From assembly GCA_023379025.1 (NCBI GenBank), contig JAMCTH010000010.1, positions 9,088 to 73,087 on the forward strand: DNA of 64,000 nt, in the 5' to 3' direction. Both the position numbers and the translations under genes were made by a program. Below, one piece after another: positions 36,941 to 46,274 of this stretch. Below the pieces are notes generated by a model, which was not told where the DNA came from, did not search any database, and saw only the letters and a list, made by a program, of their open reading frames with translations. Source of the stretch: Patescibacteria group bacterium. Its GTDB lineage: Bacteria > Patescibacteriota > Microgenomatia > UBA10105 > UBA927. The number at the start of each line of letters is the position of its first letter. Position 1 is the first letter of the stretch.

Positions 36941-37244
36941 AAATAAATCCCAGCTGTTCTTTGGCTTCTTTGCTCATCCGGTCCATAGTCCAGGGAGGCT
37001 CAAAGGTGAGATCAACTTCTACAGATTTGACTCCCGGAAGTTTTTCGAGTGCGTCTCGGATAGGAGTTGCGATAAGGTCAAAAAGCGGGCAGCCGATCGA
37101 AGTCAGCGTCATAAGTACCCGGACATTACCGCGCTTCTCATCGATCCCGATATCGTAGATAAGGCCGAGATCCACGATCGAGACGCCGATCTCCGGGTCA
37201 GGTATGGATTTGAGTGCATCGGAAATAGCTTGCTTTTGCAGCAT
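36939..37244 (-). CDS. DUF59/MIP18-family Fe-S cluster assembly protein (SufT/PaaD-like)
   Basis: Track ORF 36939-37307; likely start MLQKQAISDAL at 37244. DPEIGVSIVDLGLIYDI is the DUF59 signature. Confidence 0.75.
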   Translation of the reverse strand: MLQKQAISDALKSIPDPEIGVSIVDLGLIYDIGIDEKRGNVRVLMTLTSIGCPLFDLIATPIRDALEKLPGVKSVEVDLTFEPPWTMDRMSKEAKEQLGFI

Positions 37245-37315
37245 ATTAGATTTATTATACACGGCAAGATAGATTCCGGTACAATATATTTGTTTCTTGC
37301 CCCTCACAAAAAACG

Positions 37316-37870
37316 ATGAGTTTTTTCTTAGACATTTTTCGCCCGAAAAATACTATTACTGTTGTAGACTTTAATGGATTACAAGGTGTAGTCATGGGTA
37401 CCCCGGACCGATCTCCGGTTTGGGTCAAAAATACGGCCCAAAATCTTCAAATTGCGCGACGAGAAGGTGTCAGGCCTTTATGTTTTGCTGATGTTTTATC
37501 CCAAATTGAACCAGAACAACTCTCTATAATTGTCCTGTTTGATACACCACCAAATACTCCATTAACTGGTAATCATTGGAGGGTAGATTCGATCGATCAA
37601 CAAAATCAGACGGTAACTCTCCAGCACTGTAATGGGTGGGGCAATAGTGATCACTCTTGGGTCCAACCACTAGAAGCGCCTTATGACTGGCCTCTTTTTA
37701 GCGGTATAAGTGTACATCAATACAATTATGCAGGATTAGTTTTACCGCTTGTCGATGTCGCAAGACGCTATGATGAAGACTCGCCAGATATTCCATTTTT
37801 ATCACACAAAGAGAGTATTTTCTTTTCGAACGCGGAAGGTACCTTGACCGAACTTACCTACGAATCGTGA
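37316..37870 (+). CDS. hypothetical protein, paralog 1 of tandem pair
   Basis: 184 aa; shares WRVDSIDQQNQTVTLQHC / HQYNYAGLVLPLVDVA blocks with the next ORF. Low local GC (about 43 %). Confidence 0.55.
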   Translation: MSFFLDIFRPKNTITVVDFNGLQGVVMGTPDRSPVWVKNTAQNLQIARREGVRPLCFADVLSQIEPEQLSIIVLFDTPPNTPLTGNHWRVDSIDQQNQTVTLQHCNGWGNSDHSWVQPLEAPYDWPLFSGISVHQYNYAGLVLPLVDVARRYDEDSPDIPFLSHKESIFFSNAEGTLTELTYES

Positions 37871-37893
37871 TTCACACATGAACACGTGGTACA

Positions 37894-38451
37894 GTGTTAC
37901 CCATGAATAAAGATATCCGATTTGGCTCTCTCCATCTTTCACAGGATCAATTCCCATCGGATTTGCTACACACCATGTGGAGTTGGCAAAAATTATTCGA
38001 GGCAAACGGTACAAACCGTGCTGAAGCAATTGGCTTGGGTTATATCCCGCGGTCTATTGCCGAGGTGATTGCTGATATACCAGATACACACGATCTCTTA
38101 AACATGGTGCTGACAGATGGTGCGCCACGGGGTCGAAATTTTGCTCAATACTTCCGGATAGACACTATAAACGTCGAGGCTGAAACGATTACTCTCATCC
38201 ATTGCACGGAGGACGGCGTGCATGATCTTACAGAGTCGGGAGTGACCATCTCCGCGGATCGACGGATGTTTACCGGATATGCCATCCACCCTTATGAGAT
38301 GGACGGGACGCAGTACCCACTGTCGGAAATTGCCGCCATGGTCAGCGGTGATCACCTGGATATCGATGATGGAACTGTAACCATCGGGCCTGTAACTGTG
38401 TATGTCTCAAAACCAGAAGGATTGGTGGAACTTCCTCCGGAGGGATACTAA
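37894..38451 (+). CDS. hypothetical protein, paralog 2 of tandem pair
   Basis: 185 aa. FRIDTINVEAETITLIHC / HPYEMDGTQYPLSEIA blocks align with paralog 1 (xRIDxI-x5-TxTLxHC, HxYxxxGxxxPL). Confidence 0.55.
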   Translation: MLPMNKDIRFGSLHLSQDQFPSDLLHTMWSWQKLFEANGTNRAEAIGLGYIPRSIAEVIADIPDTHDLLNMVLTDGAPRGRNFAQYFRIDTINVEAETITLIHCTEDGVHDLTESGVTISADRRMFTGYAIHPYEMDGTQYPLSEIAAMVSGDHLDIDDGTVTIGPVTVYVSKPEGLVELPPEGY

Positions 38452-39059
38452 TATTCTCTTCTTCCTTCCAGCGCTCTCGTAAGCGTCACGTCATCGGCGT
38501 ACTCGATGTCCGCACCGACCGGCAGCCCATGGGCCAACCGGGTAATTGTGATCTTTGCATCGTAATTTTTAATTTGTTTTGTGATGTACATCGCAGTCGC
38601 CTCCCCCTCCATAGTAGGGTTGGTAGCAAGGATTATTTCTCCGGCCGCGGTATCGGAGAGTTTGAGGCGCTTCAGAAGATCGGCTATATAGAGTTCGTCC
38701 GGCCCGATATTGTTGAGGGGGTCTATCGCGCCGTGAAGCACATGATACAGCCCTTTATACCGGCCGGTCCGCTCAACAGACAAAACATCCGTCGGATTTT
38801 CTACGACACAGATAACCGTCTTATCCCGTGACGGATCGCTACAGATGCCGCAGGGATCCGTTTCACCGACGTTTTTGCATACACTGCAGAGGACCGTCCG
38901 GGACTTGAGATTCCTGAGGTTGTCGGCGAAACGGTTGAGTTCCTCTTCCGGCACATGCAAAAGGTAAAAGGCAAGCCTTTGGGCCGTCTTGGGACCAATG
39001 CCGGGCAGCCGCTCAAAGGATTCGATAAGCCGTGACAGTGCTTTGGGAAGAAGTGCCAT
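38448..39059 (-). CDS. recR: recombination protein RecR
   Basis: Track ORF 38448-39137; conserved start MALLPKALSRLIESFERLPGIGPKTAQRLAF (HhH) at 39059. C4 zinc finger CSVCKNVGETDPCGIC; Toprim domain. Confidence 0.9.
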   Translation of the reverse strand: MALLPKALSRLIESFERLPGIGPKTAQRLAFYLLHVPEEELNRFADNLRNLKSRTVLCSVCKNVGETDPCGICSDPSRDKTVICVVENPTDVLSVERTGRYKGLYHVLHGAIDPLNNIGPDELYIADLLKRLKLSDTAAGEIILATNPTMEGEATAMYITKQIKNYDAKITITRLAHGLPVGADIEYADDVTLTRALEGRREY

Positions 39060-39069
39060 GATACAAGGA

Positions 39070-39777
39070 TTATACCGCAAAAAAGCGGCGCACCGCAGGG
39101 TCCATGAGCGTATCGGCAAGAATAGTCGGGTGTTCACGGGCGAGATCCTCGCGGCTGCTGTGCCGCCCGGTCATGACGATGATGCTCACCGCCCCGATGG
39201 CCCGGGCGCAGAGGATGTCGGGAACGGCATCGCCGAGTATCACGATTTCGCTCGAAGAAACTCTGTTTCCCGTAACCGTACGGAATTTTTCAAACACTTT
39301 CGCCGCCAGTACATTTCTGTCATCCGCTTCTTCCCCGAATAGGCCGAAACGGAATACGTACGGTACGCCCGCATGCGCGAGTTTCCACCGCGCCATGCGC
39401 TCGACATTGCCCGTTAAGAGAGCCAGGGTAATCTCCTGTCTCTTCCGAAGCAGCGAAATCAGGTTCAACGCCTCAGGAATAGCGTCATACAGCTTACCCC
39501 CTGATTTTGCCTGCTCTCCCGCGTACTCCTGGAGGGCGTGTCCCAGCGCATCCATGTGCTCCCATACTGCCTGGGAAGAAATGCCGTACGGCCGGACAAT
39601 CCAGGAAATGATGAGAGGATCCGTCCAGCCGTTGTAATTCACGGATGTATCGATATCCGCATCTATACCGAATACTTTTTTTACCGCATAGAGAAACCGC
39701 GGAAATCCGACCTGCGTACGTGTTCCGACATGATAGATAAGCGTCCCGTCGATATCGAAGAGGACAAGCCGTTTCAT
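39070..39777 (-). CDS. HAD-superfamily hydrolase
   Basis: 235 aa; motif I LFDIDGTL, motif II ALLTGN, motif III/IV GDAVPD. Confidence 0.8.
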   Translation of the reverse strand: MKRLVLFDIDGTLIYHVGTRTQVGFPRFLYAVKKVFGIDADIDTSVNYNGWTDPLIISWIVRPYGISSQAVWEHMDALGHALQEYAGEQAKSGGKLYDAIPEALNLISLLRKRQEITLALLTGNVERMARWKLAHAGVPYVFRFGLFGEEADDRNVLAAKVFEKFRTVTGNRVSSSEIVILGDAVPDILCARAIGAVSIIVMTGRHSSREDLAREHPTILADTLMDPAVRRFFAV

Positions 39778-39782
39778 GAGAA

Positions 39783-40928
39783 TTAAGAAAAATATTTCAA
39801 CAGTCGTGTAAGTCCCTGCATCAGGTTCGGTTCAGAACTCGCAAACGAAATCCGGATATGGCCTTCTCCGCTTTTGCCGAAGACCGACCCCGGTATGACA
39901 CCGACGTTGGTTGCATGAAGGATATCTTTGGCCACAGCAAGGGACGCCCTGTTTGCCTCATACCGGAAAAAAAGATAATACGCGCCTTCCGGATCGGCAA
40001 AATGTATGGTTCCGTCACGGATCGGCGCGAGGGTCCGGAGGGTGAGATCCCGAAGCCTGCTGAACTGTTTCCGGTACGAACGGACGACCGCCTGCGGTCC
40101 GGTGAGCGCGGCGATGGCTGCCCGCTGAGATATTTTGGGAACGCACCCGACCAGGGCATCATGTGTTTTTGCAAATACACGGATCGCATCCGGCCGGGCA
40201 ACGACATACCCCACCCTCCACCCCGTCATGGCATACTCTTTGGAAAACGACCGTACGGTGATGAGCCGCGCTGAACGGTCCCAAAATTCCAGAAGGCTTG
40301 GGGCCGGATCAGCATAGGACAGGAAATGATACGTCTCGTCCGAAAGGATCCAGAATCCGTACCGGTCGGCAAGCCGGACCAGCGAACCCAATTCGTTGGC
40401 GGAAATAACGGCGCCGGTCGGATTATTGGGATTGGTCAGGATAAGGAGTTTCAGCCCCTTTTTTGCCGCGGCCTCAATGCGCGCGATATCGAGCATCCAA
40501 CGGGTGCTCTCCTGCATCGGCAGCTCAACACATACTCCCCGGGCGAGCATAATTTCCGGTATATGGTTGCAATAATCCGGAGTAACGATGCCTACCCGCT
40601 CTCCGTCATGAAGGAGGGAAAGAATTGCCGTTGCCGTTCCTTCCATCGCGCCGACGGTGACCAAAACGTGATCGACGCTTAGGCCCAGTTTATGATTTTT
40701 GCTCATTTCTTTTGCTATGGCGTCCCGCAACTCTTCGGTTCCCAGGAAGTTCGGGTAAACGCCAATCGCAGGATCGTCAAGGGCTTTTTTCGCAGCCGAG
40801 ATAATATGAGGAGCCGTCGGAAACGGAGGGATCCCCTGCCCGAGGTTTATGCCGCCTACAGCCTTTACCTCAATTGAGAGGCGCTTGATGACGGATTCGG
40901 GAAGCGAAGCGGCAAAATAATCATTCAC
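39783..40928 (-). CDS. class I/II PLP-dependent aminotransferase
   Basis: 381 aa; fold-type I aminotransferase pattern with the PLP-lysine region (SFSKEYAMTGWRVGY). Confidence 0.85.
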   Translation of the reverse strand: MNDYFAASLPESVIKRLSIEVKAVGGINLGQGIPPFPTAPHIISAAKKALDDPAIGVYPNFLGTEELRDAIAKEMSKNHKLGLSVDHVLVTVGAMEGTATAILSLLHDGERVGIVTPDYCNHIPEIMLARGVCVELPMQESTRWMLDIARIEAAAKKGLKLLILTNPNNPTGAVISANELGSLVRLADRYGFWILSDETYHFLSYADPAPSLLEFWDRSARLITVRSFSKEYAMTGWRVGYVVARPDAIRVFAKTHDALVGCVPKISQRAAIAALTGPQAVVRSYRKQFSRLRDLTLRTLAPIRDGTIHFADPEGAYYLFFRYEANRASLAVAKDILHATNVGVIPGSVFGKSGEGHIRISFASSEPNLMQGLTRLLKYFS

Positions 40929-40943
40929 AATCAGTGGGTTTCG

Positions 40944-42206
40944 CTATGTTCCCTCCTGCCAGCTCCTCAGGTATTTGCGCTGGACGGGGGTGAGGCGGTC
41001 AAACCGCATCCCCATGGCCCGGAGTTTAAGTCGAGCAACACGCTGGTCAACCTCTTTAGGAAGGACATATACCTTAGGTCGAAGTGTTCCTTTTCGTTTG
41101 ACAAACCATGCCGCACCGAGCGCCTGATTGGCAAAACTCATATCCATGACCTCGGCAGGGTGCCCTTCCGCACCGACGAGGTTGATAAGCCTGCCTTCGC
41201 CCAGGGCATAGATGCGTTTTCCCCCGGGAAGTACCAGTTCTTCGAGGTTCGGACGGAGCATACGCCTTGTTTTCGCGAGTTTTACAAGGCCGTCATAATC
41301 AAACTCCACATTAAAGTGCCCGGAGTTGGCAAGGATTGCCCCGTCCTTCATGCGGCGGATATGGGCAAGGGTGATGACCTCCTTATCCCCCGTTGCCGTC
41401 ACAAAAAGATCCCCGTAGCGGACGGCCCGCCCGATCTGATCAACGGCAAACCCGTCCATAACCGCTTCAAGCGCGCGCACCGGATCGACCTCGACAACCG
41501 TGACATGAGCGCCCATGCCGCGCATCCGGGTTGCGATTCCCCGTCCGCACCATCCGTATCCCGTTACGATGACGCGCCTTCCGGCAAGAAGCACATTCGT
41601 AGTCCTGATGACCCCGTCAACGGTTGATTGTCCGGTGCCGTAGCGGTTATCGAACATATGCTTGGTATCGCTGTCATTGACCGCAAGGACAGGAATTTTC
41701 AAAGCACCGTCATGAGCCATGGCCTTGAGGCGTATGACGCCGGTCGTCGTTTCCTCGGCGCTCCCGATAACATGGGACAGTTCGTTTTTTCTTCCGGTAT
41801 GAAGAAGGCTTACAAGGTCGGCTCCGTCATCGGTCGTGAGATCCGGATGGACATCGAGAACGGCGTTAAGGTGTGCATAGTATGTCTTTTTATCCTCGCC
41901 GTGGACCGCATAGACAAAGACCCCATAATCGGAAACGAGAGAAGCCGCGACGCTGTCCTGCGTAGATAAGGGATTACTGGCACAGAGCGCAACCCTGGCT
42001 CCTCCGGCCAGGTACGTCAGGATCAGGTTTGCCGTTTCACTCGTGACATGGAGGCATGCCCCGATCGTAAGCCCTTTCAGCGGTTTCGTTTTCCTGAATT
42101 CATCCTGGATTTGCCCAAGAACCGGCATGTTCTGTCCGGCCCATTCAATTTTTTTCTTTCCCTCCGCGGCCAACTTTGCATCCGCGATATCATGTGTTTT
42201 TGCCAT
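40944..42206 (-). CDS. ahcY: adenosylhomocysteinase
   Basis: 420 aa; NAD-binding GYGWCGRG and the conserved SAH-hydrolase N-terminal substrate domain (GACLHVTSETANL). Confidence 0.92.
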   Translation of the reverse strand: MAKTHDIADAKLAAEGKKKIEWAGQNMPVLGQIQDEFRKTKPLKGLTIGACLHVTSETANLILTYLAGGARVALCASNPLSTQDSVAASLVSDYGVFVYAVHGEDKKTYYAHLNAVLDVHPDLTTDDGADLVSLLHTGRKNELSHVIGSAEETTTGVIRLKAMAHDGALKIPVLAVNDSDTKHMFDNRYGTGQSTVDGVIRTTNVLLAGRRVIVTGYGWCGRGIATRMRGMGAHVTVVEVDPVRALEAVMDGFAVDQIGRAVRYGDLFVTATGDKEVITLAHIRRMKDGAILANSGHFNVEFDYDGLVKLAKTRRMLRPNLEELVLPGGKRIYALGEGRLINLVGAEGHPAEVMDMSFANQALGAAWFVKRKGTLRPKVYVLPKEVDQRVARLKLRAMGMRFDRLTPVQRKYLRSWQEGT

Positions 42207-42522
42207 AGGACTCCTTTCTGCTAGGGGCAGGATACGACTTCGTACGCTCTCCGTTATCTCAAATGACGGGCCCTTGTGTCAAGGGAGGCATGATACGATC
42301 TTCCGCACGAAACCATAGTAAATTAGACCGATCAACAAACTTTCCTTCGTGTAACACCTCACTATAGTTGATCATCCCGGGTATTGTACCGGCAAGAACG
42401 AGGTGCATTCTTCTCTTTTTGAGAAATTTGCTTGAGCCAAGCCAAAAGCTGCCTCCTTTCTTCCTCTCTCGTCACGTGCTGCCCGTTCAGCATGACCATG
42501 GTGTCCTCGGCAATTATGTCGT

Positions 42523-43527
42523 TTATGTACGTAAGGAGTCCATTGAGATCACTTCGCCATAATTTTCCTTATATCGTTTGATAAATTGCACCTTTGTATA
42601 GCTATGCGTCACCGTGCCGTATTTTTCTACCGTATAGACCGCCGCAACGGCGCCCATTTGCCCGCACACCGCCAGCTCCTCCGGGGTCAGACCTTGATTT
42701 TCCTTTGCTGACGCTCCATTCCTATACCGAACGTATCCTGCCAGAAATCCCCCCCGGAACGCATCCCCCGCTCCGGTCGGATCAAGAACGGACAGAGGCT
42801 TTGCAGGGCGGATATGGATGGCGTCGCGCCGCGTTTCTATGACGGAGCCGCGGGAACCGAGTGTCGTGATGAGTATAGGCACCATTGTCCTCAGTTCATC
42901 GTGGGATACATGCAGTTTTTCCTGCATAAGCTCGATTTCATAATCATTCCCGATCACGATTTCAGCGCCGCGTATCCCCTGTTGTAATTCCTGAGGGCTA
43001 AACGTACCTATCTGAAACGCAGGGTCATAGAGATACGGGAGTTTCAGGGTGCTGCACTCGCCGACGTACTTTTTCATCGCAGAGGGATCCGTCGGGGCAA
43101 TGACCACAAACATGTCCTTTCCCCCGTAAGGCGCGAGCGAAAGTTTTGCGGCGTAGCGGTTTGCACCGGTATAAAAGGTTCCGATTTGGTTGTCTTCCTT
43201 ATCCGTTACGACAAAATATGCACCGGTTCCCAAATTTTTATGAACCGGAATTGTTGCCGTCCGTATCCCGTGGTGTTCCAGAAAGGATTTGTAGTCGCCA
43301 AAATCATTGCCTGCGGGTGCCAATATGACGGGGTTCATACCGAGAAGTTTCAGGGAATAAGCGATATTTCCTGCGGTACCGCCGAATTGTTTATTGAGCC
43401 GGTCAACCAGGAAGCTAAGCGAGATACTGTGAATCTTATCCGCCATGATCCGGTCCGAAAACCGTCCGGCGAAGTTCATAATGTAGTCATAGCCGAGGGT
43501 GCCGGTGACAAGAATATCCATACACAT
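42523..43527 (-). CDS. PfkB-family carbohydrate/nucleoside kinase (likely adenosine kinase)
   Basis: 334 aa; ribokinase-fold with GG dipeptide and C-terminal DPTGAGDAFRGGFLAGY anion-hole motif. Adjacent to ahcY, which suggests adenosine as the substrate (inference). Confidence 0.8.
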   Translation of the reverse strand: MCMDILVTGTLGYDYIMNFAGRFSDRIMADKIHSISLSFLVDRLNKQFGGTAGNIAYSLKLLGMNPVILAPAGNDFGDYKSFLEHHGIRTATIPVHKNLGTGAYFVVTDKEDNQIGTFYTGANRYAAKLSLAPYGGKDMFVVIAPTDPSAMKKYVGECSTLKLPYLYDPAFQIGTFSPQELQQGIRGAEIVIGNDYEIELMQEKLHVSHDELRTMVPILITTLGSRGSVIETRRDAIHIRPAKPLSVLDPTGAGDAFRGGFLAGYVRYRNGASAKENQGLTPEELAVCGQMGAVAAVYTVEKYGTVTHSYTKVQFIKRYKENYGEVISMDSLRT

Positions 43528-43590
43528 AAATCACAAATTCCAATGATCAAATCTCAAACAAAACCTAAGTTCCTTTGTGATTTGGGATTT
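43528..43590. repeat. TGNGATTT / AAATCNCA octamer-repeat inverted motif (copy R4) immediately upstream of the PfkB start
   Basis: aaatcacaaattccaatgatcaaatctcaaa ... tttgtgatttgggattt. Related copies at 35915-35936, 36437-36472 and 36907-36939. Confidence 0.55.
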
Positions 43591-43592
43591 CG

Positions 43593-43862
43593 CTATTGCA
43601 GGTTCAGGCTTTTGGACAGTTCGGTAAGTTTGCCCGCTGCCGCCTGCTGCGACTTTTTAATCGCTTCGTTAAGCGCCTGGCGGACATCATCGTTCGCCTC
43701 TCCCTGTATTTCCACACGTTTCACGTTCTGATTTCCGGTAATAACGATACGGACGTTTCCGCGGGTTACTTCAAACTCCTCCGCCTCAAGCGCCTGCTGT
43801 ATTTTGGCGGCGTGTTGCCTCATGGCATTCATATCTCCCAGCATTTTGAACGGATTCATCAT
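43593..43862 (-). CDS. ybaB: nucleoid-associated protein YbaB/EbfC
   Basis: 89 aa; MMNPFKMLGDMNAMRQ...VTRGNVRIVITGNQNVKRVEI matches the YbaB family; classic dnaX-ybaB-recR neighbourhood. Confidence 0.88.
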   Translation of the reverse strand: MMNPFKMLGDMNAMRQHAAKIQQALEAEEFEVTRGNVRIVITGNQNVKRVEIQGEANDDVRQALNEAIKKSQQAAAGKLTELSKSLNLQ

Positions 43863-43876
43863 AGAAACCTCCTTTT

Positions 43877-45298
43877 TTACTTTTTTCCTAATACTATGTC
43901 CACTTTTATCTTTGCTCCGAACAGTTTTTTTATAACTTCACTGAGAATTTCCCTCGTCTTAAGCTCGGAGAGCTTTTCCTTATGAAAGGGGTAAAACGCT
44001 TCAATGGTCACTATACCATGACCGACAGCCTTGGGTCTAGAGGACCTCAGCACTGCCGCAACGGAGTGATTGTATGGTTTTAATGCTTCAATGAAATCCT
44101 TCCAGTGTTCCGTCAGTTTTACGAGATTCAAAAGTTCATCGTCGTCATCCGCAGGAGTCTCCGGCTCTGCGTCCGGCGGCTTTGCATCTTCCGGGATTTC
44201 CTTTTTTTCCTTCCTGAAGCGTTCCTTTGGCGTTTCGCCTGTCTCTCCGGCAACGGAGTACTGAGAGATTCCTCCGTCGCAGTACTCGACAACCGCGATC
44301 TCAAGCGGGAGAGCCGGAACCGGAGCGCCTTTTATGGCCGCATATGCCTCCGAAAGTATCCCGACCGCCCGCTCGAGCTCTTGAACGGACCGGGTGCCGG
44401 ATGCGGCCCCAACAACGGTTTCGACAAGTTCCCGTTCGAGGGCTTTGAGACACTGGGTCAGGAACAGACGCATATCCGTTCCTGCAAGATCAAGGTCCTG
44501 AACCAGATGAAGAGCAGCACGGATATCACGGGCAAGAAAGGCAGTGAGAAATTTTCCGACCGATTCCTCGCTTGTGAGGGCGAGTACGCTGCGGACATCT
44601 TCCGCCGCCAGTTTCCCCTTCCGGAAGCTCATCTGTTCGAGCATTTTGACCGCGTCGCGGAAAGAGCCGTCAGCCGCACCCGCAATGATCCTGAGTCCTT
44701 CATCCGTGATATCGATATGCTCAGCGGAGACGATACGCCGGAGCGCATTACGGAGCGCGTCTTCCGGCGCCCTTCCGAAGGAAACGACGAGACAGCGGGA
44801 GCGGACCGTAGCGGGGACTTTCTGGGGATCGGTCGTTGCCAGCACAAACACGGCGTGAACCGGAGGCTCCTCAAGTGTTTTGAGGAGCGCATTAAAGGCT
44901 TCCGTCGTCAGCATGTGCACTTCATCAATGATGTACACTTTATAGGCGGCGTGAGCCGGTGCGAGCGCTATCCCGCTTTTGAGTTCACGGATTTCATCAA
45001 TTCCCCGGTTACTGGCGGCGTCCATCTCGAGTACGTCGAGGTTCCTGCCTTCGGCAATTGCACGGCACATATCGCAGGTCCCGCAGGGAGACCCGTCTTT
45101 CTGAGGTTTGGCACAGTCAAAAAGCTTGGCGATAAGACGGGCTGCCGTGGTTTTTCCGGTTCCCTTGGGACCCGAAAAAAAGTACGCGTGGGGCAGGGCT
45201 TTCTTGTCTTTTCCTAACAGTGAAAGGAGCGTCTCCCGGACGGCAACGTTATCTATGTCGGAAAATTTCTGTGGCCGGTAGGTTCGGTAAAAAGCCAT
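43877..45298 (-). CDS. dnaX: DNA polymerase III subunit gamma/tau
   Basis: Track ORF 43877-45382; conserved start MAFYRTYRPQKFSD at 45298. Walker A GPKGTGKTT, Zn-module CGTCDMC, SRC motif. Confidence 0.92.
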   Translation of the reverse strand: MAFYRTYRPQKFSDIDNVAVRETLLSLLGKDKKALPHAYFFSGPKGTGKTTAARLIAKLFDCAKPQKDGSPCGTCDMCRAIAEGRNLDVLEMDAASNRGIDEIRELKSGIALAPAHAAYKVYIIDEVHMLTTEAFNALLKTLEEPPVHAVFVLATTDPQKVPATVRSRCLVVSFGRAPEDALRNALRRIVSAEHIDITDEGLRIIAGAADGSFRDAVKMLEQMSFRKGKLAAEDVRSVLALTSEESVGKFLTAFLARDIRAALHLVQDLDLAGTDMRLFLTQCLKALERELVETVVGAASGTRSVQELERAVGILSEAYAAIKGAPVPALPLEIAVVEYCDGGISQYSVAGETGETPKERFRKEKKEIPEDAKPPDAEPETPADDDDELLNLVKLTEHWKDFIEALKPYNHSVAAVLRSSRPKAVGHGIVTIEAFYPFHKEKLSELKTREILSEVIKKLFGAKIKVDIVLGKK

Positions 45299-45323
45299 AG
45301 GAATAAAAACATTTACCGTGCAT

Positions 45324-45719
45324 TCATTCCGGGTGATGGATGCCCAGGAGATGATTGAGCCCGTGAAGCGCAAGGCGGACAATCAATTCATCAACCAGCA
45401 GGTTCTCTTCAGATGCCTCAAGCACTGCCTGCGGGTAGGAAATGACGATATCGCCGAGCCGCAGAACGTCATCCGGCGGCGCAATGAACGGCAAAGCTTT
45501 CTCCGCCGGATCGTTGAGGGCAAAGGAGAGTACGTCCGTCGGAGCGGGTATGTTCCTGTATCTCGTATTCAGATCCCGCATCCTTCGGTTGCCGACAATC
45601 GAGACGCTCACTTCGGTCGGGCCCTTCACCTTGGGGGAAAGGGCGTCGACGATAGCCCGTTTGACCCGTTTCCGGTCTACGGGAAAATGCGACTCGGTAC
45701 GGAACAGTACAGTAATCAT
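45324..45719 (-). CDS. ybeY: endoribonuclease YbeY
   Basis: Track ORF 45324-45761; start MITVLF at 45719. HGLNHLLGIHH metal-binding motif (H3xH5xH). Confidence 0.85.
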   Translation of the reverse strand: MITVLFRTESHFPVDRKRVKRAIVDALSPKVKGPTEVSVSIVGNRRMRDLNTRYRNIPAPTDVLSFALNDPAEKALPFIAPPDDVLRLGDIVISYPQAVLEASEENLLVDELIVRLALHGLNHLLGIHHPE

Positions 45720-46267
45720 GGTTTTTTTACCGAAACAACCTGTCCGCCCCACAGGAGACAAGCGGTCAGAAGGGTAGGCTTCGGAATGGCATACAGACCG
45801 TCACGGTCCGGCAAACCCGTCGGAAACGGGTCGCTGACCGAATACTCTGATGCCGCCGCATCATAAAGCACCACAAAATGCCCCGACGGATCGCCGATCG
45901 CAACCGTCCCGCCATCTTCAAGATAGAAAAGAAGATGCATCGCGTTTGTCACCCACACCGTATCCGCATCAGGCATGGAGGTAAGCCAGGCTCTCAGCCG
46001 GTCAATCAGTGCGCCTTTCGGTAAGTCACGCCACTCCGGAGCAATGCAATAGGTCGAAGACGTAAGCATAGTTGTCTCAAGCCCATGCCTGCGAAGATGC
46101 CGGGCCAGCTGAGCCGGATAGGTACGGTCCTGGTTGGTTATACCCAACTCGGACAGAATCCGTCGGGTACTCATGGGTTTTCCGAAATATTCGTAGATGT
46201 TCTGAAGACTTACCGGTCCGCAGTCGTGCGAGGTAGGATGCTGTCTATGGTTCGGAAAGGTTTTCAC
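45716..46267 (-). CDS. papain-like (C39-like) cysteine peptidase domain protein
   Basis: 183 aa; HDCGPVSLQNIYEYFG resembles the C39 catalytic Cys region. Tentative. Confidence 0.45.
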   Translation of the reverse strand: MKTFPNHRQHPTSHDCGPVSLQNIYEYFGKPMSTRRILSELGITNQDRTYPAQLARHLRRHGLETTMLTSSTYCIAPEWRDLPKGALIDRLRAWLTSMPDADTVWVTNAMHLLFYLEDGGTVAIGDPSGHFVVLYDAAASEYSVSDPFPTGLPDRDGLYAIPKPTLLTACLLWGGQVVSVKKP

Positions 46268-46274
46268 GGCTGGT

